Shown: positions 9,566 to 18,903, counted from the stretch's first letter. The stretch: 64,000 bases of DNA from an uncultured Halomonas sp. (GCA_964652855.1 CAZZCJ010000001.1:264916-328915); one strand, 5' to 3'. The notes: generated by a model not told the origin, from the letters alone. Made by a program: numbers and translations.

Positions 9566-11128
9566 ATGCGACTGAGGTTTCACTGCCAGAACCGTATCGG
9601 CATCCTGCGCGATATCGTCTCGCACTTCGTCGACTACGGCCTCAACGTGGCGCGCGGCGAGGTCGGGGGCGAGCACGGCAACGCCATCTATCTTCACATA
9701 CCCAACCTGCTCAATGCGCAGCTGGCCACGCTCAAGCCCGAGCTGGAGGCGGTGCCCGGCGTGTTCGGCGTGCGCCGCGTCAGCCTGATGCCCAGCGAGC
9801 GGCGCCACTTGGAGCTCGATGCGCTGCTGTCGTCGCTTTCGGACCCGGTCATGTCGATCGACATGGAAGGCCACATCGTGGCGGCCAACCGGGCCGCTGG
9901 CCAGTTGCTCGGGGTGCGTATCGACGAGGTGCCCGGGCTGTCGCTGAACCGGTACCTGCCCGACCTCGACCTGCCGGCGTTGATCCGGCGCAACAATGCG
10001 CGGGTCAACGGCCTGCGCATCAAGCTGCGCGACGCCACCTTCCTCGCCGATATCGCCCCGCTGCATCGCGAGCATCATGACGACGTGGGTTCCCTGGCCG
10101 GCGCCGTGGTGACCCTGCACAGTGCCGATCGCATCGGCGAACGCATCTACCAGGTACAGCGCCAGGAGCTGCGCGGCTTCGATGCGCTGTTCCAGGCCAG
10201 CCCCAGGCTTGCCGCGCTGATCCGCGAGGCGCGGCGAATGGCGCCCTTGGACGCACCGCTGCTGATCCATGGTGAAACCGGCACCGGCAAGGAGCTGCTG
10301 GCCCGGGCCTGTCACTTGGCCAGCGCTCGGGGCCAGGCGCCGTTCATGGCGCTGAACTGCGCAGGCCTGCCGGAATCGATGGCCGAGACGGAGCTGTTCG
10401 GCTACGCGCCGGGCGCCTTCGAAGGCGCCCGCCCGGAAGGCAAGCTGGGCCTGCTGGAGCTGACCGCAGGCGGCACCATCTTCCTCGACGAGGTGGGCGA
10501 GATGAGCCCGCGCCTGCAGGTCAAGCTGCTGCGCTTCCTGCAGGATGGCGGCTTTCGCCGGGTCGGTAGCGACGAGGAGACCTACCTCGACGTGCGCGTG
10601 ATCTGCGCCACCCAGCAGGACCTGCCCAGGCTTTGCGCCGAGGGACTTTTTCGCCACGATCTCTACCACCGGCTGAACGTGCTGTCGCTGACGGTGCCGC
10701 CGCTGCGCGACTGCCTCGACGGCATCGAGGCGATGGCGCTGCATTTCATCGACCGCGCCGCGCGCCAGATCGGCTGCCGCATGCCGTCGCTGTCGCCGGC
10801 GGCGCTGGCCAGGCTCTCCAGCTACCACTGGCCCGGTAACGTACGCCAGCTCGAGAACGTGCTGTTCCAGGCGGTGTCGCTGTGCGAAGGCGATGCCATC
10901 GAGCCGGGGCACCTGCGCCTGCCGGACGTGGGCGAGGCGCCGGGGCTTGCTGGCGTCGACCTGGACGGCTCGCTGGCCGACATCATGGGCGACGTGGAGC
11001 GGCGCATACTGGCCTCGCTCTACCCCAAGCACCCCTCCAGCCGCCAGCTGGCCAAGCGGCTCGGCGTATCGCACACCACCATTGCCAACAAGCTGCGCGG
11101 CTATGGTATAGGGCCCAGCGACGCCTAG
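9566..11128 (+). CDS. phhR: Sigma54-dependent transcriptional regulator PhhR/TyrR
   Basis: N-terminal ACT-like region (RLRFHCQNRIGILRDIV), a PAS-like segment, an AAA+ core (GETGTGKELLARACH, ETELFGY, GAFEGA) and a C-terminal HTH. It is divergent from phhAB. Confidence 0.9.
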   Translation: MRLRFHCQNRIGILRDIVSHFVDYGLNVARGEVGGEHGNAIYLHIPNLLNAQLATLKPELEAVPGVFGVRRVSLMPSERRHLELDALLSSLSDPVMSIDMEGHIVAANRAAGQLLGVRIDEVPGLSLNRYLPDLDLPALIRRNNARVNGLRIKLRDATFLADIAPLHREHHDDVGSLAGAVVTLHSADRIGERIYQVQRQELRGFDALFQASPRLAALIREARRMAPLDAPLLIHGETGTGKELLARACHLASARGQAPFMALNCAGLPESMAETELFGYAPGAFEGARPEGKLGLLELTAGGTIFLDEVGEMSPRLQVKLLRFLQDGGFRRVGSDEETYLDVRVICATQQDLPRLCAEGLFRHDLYHRLNVLSLTVPPLRDCLDGIEAMALHFIDRAARQIGCRMPSLSPAALARLSSYHWPGNVRQLENVLFQAVSLCEGDAIEPGHLRLPDVGEAPGLAGVDLDGSLADIMGDVERRILASLYPKHPSSRQLAKRLGVSHTTIANKLRGYGIGPSDA

Positions 11129-13104
11129 CCGACAGGCGCCAGCGAGCACCGGGCGGCGAGGTCGCGTACCTCGGCGTAGCGATAGGCTTCCAGCGCCCCG
11201 AAGCCCGCCAGGCGGCGTGCCTTGAGGCGGGTGAGCAGGGGGCCGGTCAGGCCGCACAGGAATCGTGCCAGCAGGTCGGGTGTGAGGGGAGTGGTCTGGC
11301 CTTCGGCATGCAGCTGCTGGACCAGTTCGCCCGCGAGCCGTTCGAGGGTCTCGCTCGCAAGGGGGTCGAGCGGTGCGGGGGCGGGTAGCCGCGCGACGTG
11401 ACCTAGGCAGGCCGAGCAGTGGCCGCAGTGCTCCGGCGCCCGGGTATCGCCGAACCATTCGGCCAGCCGACGGCTCAGGCAGACTGCGCTCTCGAACAGC
11501 GCCAGCATGGCATGCAGTCGCTCGATCTCGGCCCGTTCCTTGTCGCCGAAGTAGGCGTGGAGCTCGTTGGTCAGCGCAACGGGATCGAGGTCGGCGCGCA
11601 GCACGTCGTACACCTCGGTCATCTGCTTGCTCTCCAGCACCATCCAGCCCTGGGCGACGAAATAGTCCAGCGCGGTGATGACGCGTGCTCGCTCGACGTT
11701 GAGGCCGCGTTCGTCGCCCAGCCGCTCGAGCGCCGCGAAGTCGAGCGTGAACCAGGTGCGGGCGCGCGGCGAGGCGTCGAGGATCGCCTGGACGAAGGCG
11801 CCGCGTTCGCCTTCGAAGCGCGATGCCAAGACCTCGGGCGCGTCGTGCAGGCGGAAGCGGTACTCGGCGAAGTAGCTGTAGCGCGGCGCGATGATGCCGC
11901 GCAGCTCGAGCTGCACCAGCAGTGTCTTGAGCGGCAGCGGGCGGATGTCGCTGCGCTGCGAGAGCGAGTTGAGCACCAGCTCCCACTGTCGCCCGGTGCC
12001 GGCCGCCTCGATCAGCTCGTCGATCACCAGGCGAATGCCGTGGGGTTCCGGCGTGTCGCCGTAGACGAAGTTCTCCAGCACGTTGACGTGATCGCGACCG
12101 GCCAGCATCAGGCAGTCGGAGGGCTGGCCGTCGCGCCCGGCACGGCCGATCTCCTGGCTGTAGTTCTCCACCGACTTGGGCAGGTCGTAGTGCACCACGT
12201 TGCGGATGTCGGCCTTGTCGATGCCCATGCCGAAGGCAATGGTGGCGACGATGCAGGGCGTATGGCCGGCCATGAAGTCGCGCTGGATGCGCTCGCGAGT
12301 CTCGCCGTCGAGGCCGGCGTGGTAGGCGGTGGCGGCCAGGCCCGCCTTGCTCAGGTAGGCGGCCAGGCGCTCGGCGGTCTGCTGCAGGGTGACGTAGACG
12401 ATGGTGGGCTGGGGCGGCTCTACGCCGAGCCTGGGGCGCAGCCACTCCACCAGCCGGCGCGCACGCGCCGCGGCCGGCACCGGCGCCACGTCCAGGTTGA
12501 GGTTGGGGCGGTAGAAGCCGGTGGCGGTGACGTCGTCCTCGGCGATGTCGAAGCGCTCGCGCATGTCGGCGATCACGCGCGGCGTGGCCGTGGCGGTCAG
12601 CAGCAGCACCTGGGGGATGCCGAATTCATGGCGGTAGTGCGGCAGCTTGAGGTAGTCGGGGCGGAAGTTGTGGCCCCACTCCGAGATACAGTGGGCTTCG
12701 TCGACGACCAGTAGCGAGATCGGCACGCGCCTGATGAAGGCGCGAAAGCGCTCGTTCTTGAGCCGCTCCACCGAGATCATCAGGATGCGGATCTCGCCGC
12801 GCTTGACGCCCTCCATCACCGCGGCCGCTTCCTCACGGCTCTGGCCCGAGTCGATGCTGGCGGCGGCGATGCCGTGGCGGGCCAGGAAGGCGAGCTGATC
12901 CTGCATCAGCGCCAGCAGCGGCGAGATCACCAGGGTCAACTGGGGCAGGTGCAGCGCGGGCAGCTGGTAGCACAGCGACTTGCCCGAGCCGGTGGGGAAG
13001 ATCGCCGCCGCCGAACGCCCGGCGGTGATCGCCTCGATGACCGGGCGCTGGCCGGGGCGGAAGTCGTCATAGCCGAAGACCTGCTTCAACGTCTGCTCGA
13101 TCAT
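11125..13104 (-). CDS. RecQ-family ATP-dependent DNA helicase (non-canonical, about 660 aa)
   Basis: Motifs: FGYDDFRPGQ, FPTGSGKSLCYQLPA (motif I), VVDEAHCISEWGHNFRPDY (DEAH), GRAGRDG, and a late Cys cluster C..RRLAEWFGD...HCGHCSAC. The start is the ATG at 13104 (MIEQTLKQVFGYDDF). Confidence 0.85.
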   Translation of the reverse strand: MIEQTLKQVFGYDDFRPGQRPVIEAITAGRSAAAIFPTGSGKSLCYQLPALHLPQLTLVISPLLALMQDQLAFLARHGIAAASIDSGQSREEAAAVMEGVKRGEIRILMISVERLKNERFRAFIRRVPISLLVVDEAHCISEWGHNFRPDYLKLPHYRHEFGIPQVLLLTATATPRVIADMRERFDIAEDDVTATGFYRPNLNLDVAPVPAAARARRLVEWLRPRLGVEPPQPTIVYVTLQQTAERLAAYLSKAGLAATAYHAGLDGETRERIQRDFMAGHTPCIVATIAFGMGIDKADIRNVVHYDLPKSVENYSQEIGRAGRDGQPSDCLMLAGRDHVNVLENFVYGDTPEPHGIRLVIDELIEAAGTGRQWELVLNSLSQRSDIRPLPLKTLLVQLELRGIIAPRYSYFAEYRFRLHDAPEVLASRFEGERGAFVQAILDASPRARTWFTLDFAALERLGDERGLNVERARVITALDYFVAQGWMVLESKQMTEVYDVLRADLDPVALTNELHAYFGDKERAEIERLHAMLALFESAVCLSRRLAEWFGDTRAPEHCGHCSACLGHVARLPAPAPLDPLASETLERLAGELVQQLHAEGQTTPLTPDLLARFLCGLTGPLLTRLKARRLAGFGALEAYRYAEVRDLAARCSLAPVG

Positions 13105-13229
13105 AGGGGCACTCCCTGCTCGGTGGTTGGCGAAGCGTTGGGCGGAGGCCGTGGCCACCACCGGGCGAACAGTCTCGCACATCGACGTGGCGACGGCTGT
13201 CCGCTCCCGCCTGCAGCGGTCGTAGGCGA

Positions 13230-13258
13230 TTGGTGCCCCTGGCCCGGGTGGGTAGAAT
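13230..13258 (+). promoter_or_regulatory. Candidate sigma70 promoter of the SMC/Toprim operon
   Basis: TTGGTG-N17-TAGAAT, with the -10 hexamer 41 nt upstream of the ATG at 13299. The -35 element is weak. Confidence 0.35.
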
Positions 13259-13298
13259 GGCCGCCTGCGATCAAGCGCTAACCGACCAAGGACGCGGC

Positions 13299-16200
13299 AT
13301 GGCTCACCTGCTACGCATCGTGATGATTCACGGCCATCTGGAAGGGGTGGTCGAACTCAGTGTGGACGGGCACACCAACATCTGCGGCACCAACGCCTCG
13401 GGCAAGACGACCCTGCAGCGGCTGGTGCCGGTGTTCTACGGCGAACTGCCCAACCGGGTGGTGCCCAGGACCCGGCTCAAGTTCGACGCCTTCTACCTGC
13501 CGCACCGCAACAGCTACCTGGTCTACGAGTACCGCCGCGAAGAGGGCGACACCTGCCAGGTGGTGCTGACCCGCAAGAGCGAAGGCGGCGTGGAGTACCG
13601 CTTCGTCGCCGCGCCCTATCGCCCGGAAGACTACCTGGTGCAGAGCGAAGCCGGCGTCACCGCCCTGGACTACGCCCAGTGGTTCAGCGGGCTGCGCCGC
13701 GAGGGGATCGCCACCTCGCCCAAGCTGGGCGCCACCTCCGAATACCGGGCGGTGATCCAGAACGACTTCACCCAGCACGGCCCCCAGGGGCCCAGTGGCC
13801 GCAGCGAGCTTATGCGCCTGCGCCAGATCGCCGCCCGCTTCAGCCTGGTGCGCGGCGGGCAGCGGATTCGCCACATGGAGAAGCTAGTCTCGGCGGTGCA
13901 CGCCAAGGAGGGCAAGATGGACACCCTCAAGACCATGCTGGCGGCGATCTTCGAGGAGGACGGCGTCGAGCTGCCGGTGACCCGCATTCGCAACACCAAG
14001 GCCCGCGAGTGGATCGCCCGCATGCGCCAGTCGATGCGCCTGGAGCCGCTGCAGCGCGCCCTGGAGGGCCTCGAGCGCCTCGACCGGGAGACCGCCGATC
14101 TCGAGGCGGCGCTGTGGCAGCTGCGGCCCCAGCTCGAGGCCGACCGCCATCGCGCCGAGCGCGCCGGCGCCGATCTCGAGGCGCAGCTGAACGCGCGCCA
14201 GCGCGACTTCCAGGCCCGCGAGCAGGCCCACGAGGAAGCCCGCGGCAACCTCAATGCGCGCCTCAGCGAACTCGACAGCGTGCTGGACCAGACCCGCCGC
14301 GACCTCGACGACCTGCAGCGCCGCTTCGAAGCCTTCGAGGAGGCCGACATGCCGGGGCTGGAGCGCGACCTCGCCGCCTTGCCCCAGTGGCGTGAACAGC
14401 AGCAGCAGATGCGCGAGCATCTCGAGCAGCTGCAGCAGGCGGCCCAGGAGAGCAAGGCGCGGCTCGATGCGCGGCTGGTGGAGCTCGGCGACCTGCAGGC
14501 GCGCCACGGCGAAGAGATCCAGGCCTTGATCGATGCGCTGGGCGAGGAGAAGGAGCGCAGCCGCGAAGCCCAGGGCGAAGAGGAGCGGCGCCTGGATGCC
14601 GACTACCAGGCCCGCCGCGATGCCCTGGCCGAGGACTACCGGGGGCGCCTGGAGCAGGGAACCGCCGCCCTGTTGGAGCTCAAGGCCCGGCTCGCCCACG
14701 GCGCCCCCACGGCGGAGGAGGTTCGCGAAGCCGAGCAGGCCCAGGCCCGGGTGGACCAGGCGCAGAACGAGCAGCGCGCCGCGGCCGCCGCGGTGGAGAG
14801 CGTGCGCAGCGAGCACGACGCCTGCCGGCAGGCCCGCGAGCTCGCCGAGCGCGAACTCGAACGGGGGCGAGCGCAGCGCTCCCGGGCCCAGGCACGGCTC
14901 GATGGCCTGCTGGCCCAGCGCGACCCCGCCCAGGGCAGCCTGCGCCACTTCCTGCGCCACCACCGCCCGGGCTGGGAGCAGCGCCTGGGCAAGGTGATCG
15001 ACCCCGCGCTGCTCGAGCGCCGCGACCTCGCCCCGCAGCTCGACCCGCAGGGCAGCGACGACCTGTTCGGGCTGATGCTGGACCTGGCCGCCATCGCGCT
15101 GCCCGACCACGCCCGGGACGAGGCCACCCTGCTGGCCGAGATCGACGCCGCCGAGCAGGCCCTGGCCCAGGCCCAGGAGGCCGAAAAGTGTGCCGAGAAG
15201 GCGCTCAAGGCTTCTCATGCCAAGGTGCAGGAAGCCACCACCCGCCTCGAGCATGCCCGCAGCAGCGGACGTCGCGCCGCCGAGGAGGTGGACTATGCGC
15301 TGCAGGCCCGCAGCCAGTGCCAGCAGCGCCATGCCGCCGCCCTCAAGGCGCGCGAGGCCGCCTGCCGCCAGGCGCTGGTGGAGCGCGAGGCCCTGCAGCA
15401 GGCGCTGCGGGACGAACGGCGCCAGGCCCTGGAGGCGCTGGCCGCTACCCACCGCGCCCAGCGCCTGGAGCTCACCGCCGACTTCCAGGGGCGGCTGGCC
15501 GGTTTCGATGGGCAGATCGCCCAGCACCGCCGCCAGCTGGTTGAATACAAGGAGGAGACCCGCCGCCAGCGCGAGGAGCTGCAGGCCGCCTATGACCGCG
15601 AGCTGGCCGAGCAGGGGGTGGATACCGTCAGCCTCAACCAGACCCGCACGCGGCTCAAGGCGCTGGATGCGCGCATCCGCCAGACCGAGGCGCGCCGCGA
15701 GGAGCTAGACGAGTACGCCCGTTTCATGCGGGTGGCCTGGGGCGAGCGCAAGCCGAGCCTGGTGGCGCAGGAGGCGGAGCTTGCCCGCGACCACCAGGCC
15801 GCCGAGCGCGAACGCCAGGCGCTCGACCAGCAGTTCCAGGCCGCCCGGCGCGAGCACCAGTCGGCGGTCGCCGAGCTCAAGGCGCGGCGCGGCGTGGAGC
15901 AGCAGCGGCTCGAGGCCCTGGCGCCGCTGCTGGCCAAGCTCGAGGCACTGGCCTTGTCGCCGGACCCGACGCCCCGCGGCGAGGCGCCCGGGGATGGCGA
16001 GGAGCGTATCGAGCGGGCGCGCCAGGCGCTGGCCGACCACGCCCGCACCCTCGAGGCGCTGCGCCGCGGCTGCGAGAAGGTCGAAGCCGACCTGGTCAAG
16101 GGCGCCAGCGCCGACTTCCAGGAGACCCTGGACGCCGAACGCGCCCGGCTCGACGACCCGAGCCCGCGTCGCCTGCTGGCCGTGCTGGCCGGCATGCTGA

Positions 16201-16976
16201 CGCTGCTGGAAGGCCAGCAGCAGCAGCTGCTGCAGGAGGGGCGCAACCTTTCCGACGACCTCGACAAGTTCTTCACGGTGTTCCGCGACCTCAACCGGCG
16301 CATCAACGCCCAGAGCCGGCGCCTCTCCGATGAGGTGGCCGACGACCTCACGCTGGAGGGGATCGGTCGCGCCGAGGTGAAGATCCAGTCGACCATCGAC
16401 GAGCTGGGCTTCTGGGAGCCGCTCAAGCGTTTCGCCCAGCGCTACCGCGAGTGGCGCGACTCCGGCCAGCCGCTGCCCGGCGACGACTACCTCGACGCCA
16501 TGGCCGACGTGGTGGAGCTGTTGCGCAGCGACCAGCAGTACAGCTTCGAGAGCCTGCTGCGCCTGGAGCTGCACCTCAACGAGGGCGGCACCGACCTGGT
16601 GATCAGGAACGACCGCCAGCTCCTGGAGTCCTCCAGCCACGGCATGGCCTACCTGATCCTGTGCAAGTTCCTGCTCGCCTTCACCCGGCTGCTGCGCGGC
16701 GAGGCCCAGGTGGACATCCACTGGCCCATCGACGAGATAGGCACCCTGGCCTACCACAACGTGGAGAAGCTGTTCGACGCCTGCGACAACAACCGTATCC
16801 ATATCGTCGGCGCCTTCCCCAACCCCGAGTCGGACGTGCTGCTGCTGTTCCGCAATCGCTACCTGATCGATCGCGACGAGGCCGACCCCACCAAGCGGCG
16901 GCTCAAGCGGATCGAGCCGCGCCTGAGCCGCCTGGCCCAGCGGCTGCAGGCCCGCGCAGAGGAGACAGTCGCATGA
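13299..16976 (+). CDS. SMC/MukB-like ABC ATPase, 1225 aa (DUF3584-like; JetC/MksB analogue)
   Basis: Walker A is GTNASGKTT (nt 13386-13412). Two very long A/E/R/Q/L-rich predicted coiled-coil arms flank a non-coil segment at the gene midpoint (about nt 14930-15120). The C-terminal head has SSSHG followed about 30 aa later by IHWPIDEIGTL (Walker B-like). An AAGGA RBS lies 6 nt upstream of the ATG at 13299. Confidence 0.8.
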   Translation: MAHLLRIVMIHGHLEGVVELSVDGHTNICGTNASGKTTLQRLVPVFYGELPNRVVPRTRLKFDAFYLPHRNSYLVYEYRREEGDTCQVVLTRKSEGGVEYRFVAAPYRPEDYLVQSEAGVTALDYAQWFSGLRREGIATSPKLGATSEYRAVIQNDFTQHGPQGPSGRSELMRLRQIAARFSLVRGGQRIRHMEKLVSAVHAKEGKMDTLKTMLAAIFEEDGVELPVTRIRNTKAREWIARMRQSMRLEPLQRALEGLERLDRETADLEAALWQLRPQLEADRHRAERAGADLEAQLNARQRDFQAREQAHEEARGNLNARLSELDSVLDQTRRDLDDLQRRFEAFEEADMPGLERDLAALPQWREQQQQMREHLEQLQQAAQESKARLDARLVELGDLQARHGEEIQALIDALGEEKERSREAQGEEERRLDADYQARRDALAEDYRGRLEQGTAALLELKARLAHGAPTAEEVREAEQAQARVDQAQNEQRAAAAAVESVRSEHDACRQARELAERELERGRAQRSRAQARLDGLLAQRDPAQGSLRHFLRHHRPGWEQRLGKVIDPALLERRDLAPQLDPQGSDDLFGLMLDLAAIALPDHARDEATLLAEIDAAEQALAQAQEAEKCAEKALKASHAKVQEATTRLEHARSSGRRAAEEVDYALQARSQCQQRHAAALKAREAACRQALVEREALQQALRDERRQALEALAATHRAQRLELTADFQGRLAGFDGQIAQHRRQLVEYKEETRRQREELQAAYDRELAEQGVDTVSLNQTRTRLKALDARIRQTEARREELDEYARFMRVAWGERKPSLVAQEAELARDHQAAERERQALDQQFQAARREHQSAVAELKARRGVEQQRLEALAPLLAKLEALALSPDPTPRGEAPGDGEERIERARQALADHARTLEALRRGCEKVEADLVKGASADFQETLDAERARLDDPSPRRLLAVLAGMLTLLEGQQQQLLQEGRNLSDDLDKFFTVFRDLNRRINAQSRRLSDEVADDLTLEGIGRAEVKIQSTIDELGFWEPLKRFAQRYREWRDSGQPLPGDDYLDAMADVVELLRSDQQYSFESLLRLELHLNEGGTDLVIRNDRQLLESSSHGMAYLILCKFLLAFTRLLRGEAQVDIHWPIDEIGTLAYHNVEKLFDACDNNRIHIVGAFPNPESDVLLLFRNRYLIDRDEADPTKRRLKRIEPRLSRLAQRLQARAEETVA

Positions 16977-17659
16977 GGAACGACCCGATGACCGAGTCCG
17001 CGCTGGACGAACAGCCCTTGCAGGGCCGCGCCATGGACGCCATGGGGCCTCTGCTCGAACGCCTGCTGGCCGGCGAGTTCATCTGTGCGGTAAGCGACGA
17101 GAATGCCTTTCGTCGCCTGCAGGACGAGGCCGTTCGCGAGCAGATCGACGGCTACCTGCGTCCGCTCAACCGCCGCCTCGCCGCCAATGACGAAGGTAGC
17201 GTCTACTTCCTGGCCTGGCGGCGGCTCGACGACGCCGCCCGCGAGCAGCTCTCGCGCCAGCTCGGCGACACCGTGGCCAGCCTGATGCCGCTGCTGGAGT
17301 GGCTGCAGCTGGTGCAGGAGGCGCTGGGCCGCGACGGCCTCGCCGCCCCCGGCGACGTGCTCAAGCCCGCCGACTTCAGCTCGCGCTGCGAGGATCACCA
17401 GGGCCTGCGCGAGCGCCTGGAGCGGCTGGCCACCGCCCCCTTCTTCGGCTCCCAGAGCGACCAGCTCGACGCCCAGCTCAAGCAGGTGTTCAAGCGCCTG
17501 AAGGAGCACGGCTACCTGCAGCAGCCCCACGCCGACCGCCAGTACTACGTGGTCACCGGCAAGATCGACTACCTGATCGACCTGGTGCGCTTCATCCGCG
17601 ACGAGGAGAACCTGCCCGTGGACGACCAGGCGCCGGCGGAGCAGGAGCGCCTGCTGTGA
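16973..17659 (+). CDS. Small acidic subunit, 228 aa (MksE/JetB/MukE-like, assignment tentative)
   Basis: The ATG overlaps the upstream stop (ATGA), with a GAGGAGA RBS. The segment LLERLLAGEFICAVSDENAFRRLQDE...IDGYLRPLNRRLAANDEGSVYFLAWRR resembles the DUF4194/MksE pattern as I remember it. Confidence 0.55.
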   Translation: MRNDPMTESALDEQPLQGRAMDAMGPLLERLLAGEFICAVSDENAFRRLQDEAVREQIDGYLRPLNRRLAANDEGSVYFLAWRRLDDAAREQLSRQLGDTVASLMPLLEWLQLVQEALGRDGLAAPGDVLKPADFSSRCEDHQGLRERLERLATAPFFGSQSDQLDAQLKQVFKRLKEHGYLQQPHADRQYYVVTGKIDYLIDLVRFIRDEENLPVDDQAPAEQERLL

Positions 17660-18894
17660 GCGGCACCGATCCCCGCGCCCTGGAGAGCCGCCTGGTCACG
17701 ACCGGCGTGGAGCGCCTGGCGCTGCTGGGCAAGCACGCCGAGGCGTTGATGGCCGGCTACGCCCGCGACGAGGTGCCGCTGGAAGGGTTGAGTACCACCG
17801 CGCTGAATAGGCTGTTGGCCGCACGCATCCTGTGGCGTCCCGACGAGCAGAGCGGGGTGAAGCTCGCGCCCAAGGTGCGCGAGCTGATCGCCGAGATGCT
17901 GGCCGACGAGACCCGCCGCCACGTCAACGCCGACGTGGCAGAGACCCTGGAGCGGGTGCGCAGCCTGGTGCAGAGCTACCGCGAGGCGCGGGACGCCGGC
18001 GACTACTGGCGCCAGGAGCAGCAGCTGCTGCGCCTGCGCCAGGAAGTGGACGACCTCAACGGTCGCTTCGCCGATGCCATCGACAGCCTGTGGCGGCGTC
18101 TCAACGGCGACTTCGGCTTCGTCAGCCGGCTCAGCGACAAGATCCGCGAGAACGAGCGCGCGCAGAAGCAGATCGTGCGCCTGCTCGACGGCCTGGCGCT
18201 GATCGACTTCGATGAGTTCATCGCGCTGGTGGGCGGCGACGGCGCCCTGCGCAAGCTGCTGGTCAGCCAGCTCCAGCACCAGCTGACCCACCACTTCACC
18301 AGCCTGCGCGAAGTGCAGCGGCGCATGATCGAGCTGATGGCACGCTTTCGCCAGCAGCAGTCCCGCAGCCGCCTGGTGGCCGGCATGGTGGGCTTCCTGC
18401 GCGAGCACCCGGGCTTCGTGCCGGGCAACTATGCGCTGCGCAGCGAAGTGCCGGCGCTGGTCAACCGCGCCGCGCCGCGGGTCGCCGCCGGGTCGGCGGC
18501 GCTGGACCGCGACGCCGACGCCCGCACGCTGGCCGAGCTGCTGCACCGCCTGCCCAGGCCCACCCAGCGGCCCGCGCCGGTCGCGGCCGCCGCGGCCGCC
18601 GAGCGCTACGAAGAGAGCCGGGTGGCAGCCCGGCAGCAGGCGCTCAAGGAGGATGTCGAGCGCTTCTACCTGGCGGTGGTGGACCGCGGCGGCGAGCCCG
18701 TCAGCGCGCTTGACTACCTGCAGCAGGCCGAGCGCGAATGGGGCGCTGAGATCTGGCTGTTCGAGGTCATCGCCGAGTACCAGGGCCTGCCACGCAGCGA
18801 GCAGAGCGCCTTTCGCCTGCGCCAGGAAGAGACCCAGGCCAGTCCCTTCAACCAGCTGCGGCTGATCCACGACGTGGTGCTGCAGCTCGCCTGA
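17656..18894 (+). CDS. 412-aa subunit (possible kleisin-like MksF/JetA analogue, assignment tentative)
   Basis: The GTG start overlaps the upstream stop (GTGA), preceded by GGAGCAGGAG. It looks helical and Arg/Leu-rich. I recognise no enzymatic motif. The role is inferred from position and size only. Confidence 0.45.
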   Translation: MSGTDPRALESRLVTTGVERLALLGKHAEALMAGYARDEVPLEGLSTTALNRLLAARILWRPDEQSGVKLAPKVRELIAEMLADETRRHVNADVAETLERVRSLVQSYREARDAGDYWRQEQQLLRLRQEVDDLNGRFADAIDSLWRRLNGDFGFVSRLSDKIRENERAQKQIVRLLDGLALIDFDEFIALVGGDGALRKLLVSQLQHQLTHHFTSLREVQRRMIELMARFRQQQSRSRLVAGMVGFLREHPGFVPGNYALRSEVPALVNRAAPRVAAGSAALDRDADARTLAELLHRLPRPTQRPAPVAAAAAAERYEESRVAARQQALKEDVERFYLAVVDRGGEPVSALDYLQQAEREWGAEIWLFEVIAEYQGLPRSEQSAFRLRQEETQASPFNQLRLIHDVVLQLA

Positions 18895-18903
18895 GGAGGT
18901 CCC

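Noticed and set aside
9503-12445. 980-aa ORF on the minus strand spanning phhR and part of the helicase gene
   Set aside because: It has an Arg/Ala/Gly/Pro-rich shadow-frame composition typical of high-GC DNA. It overlaps two genes with clear motif support and has no recognisable domain.
13230-13298. Longer starts for the operon genes (13230 for the ATPase, 16451 for gene 2, 17299 for gene 3)
   Set aside because: The upstream extensions lack RBSs, overlap preceding genes in another frame, or have shadow-frame composition. The chosen starts have RBSs and stop/start overlaps.
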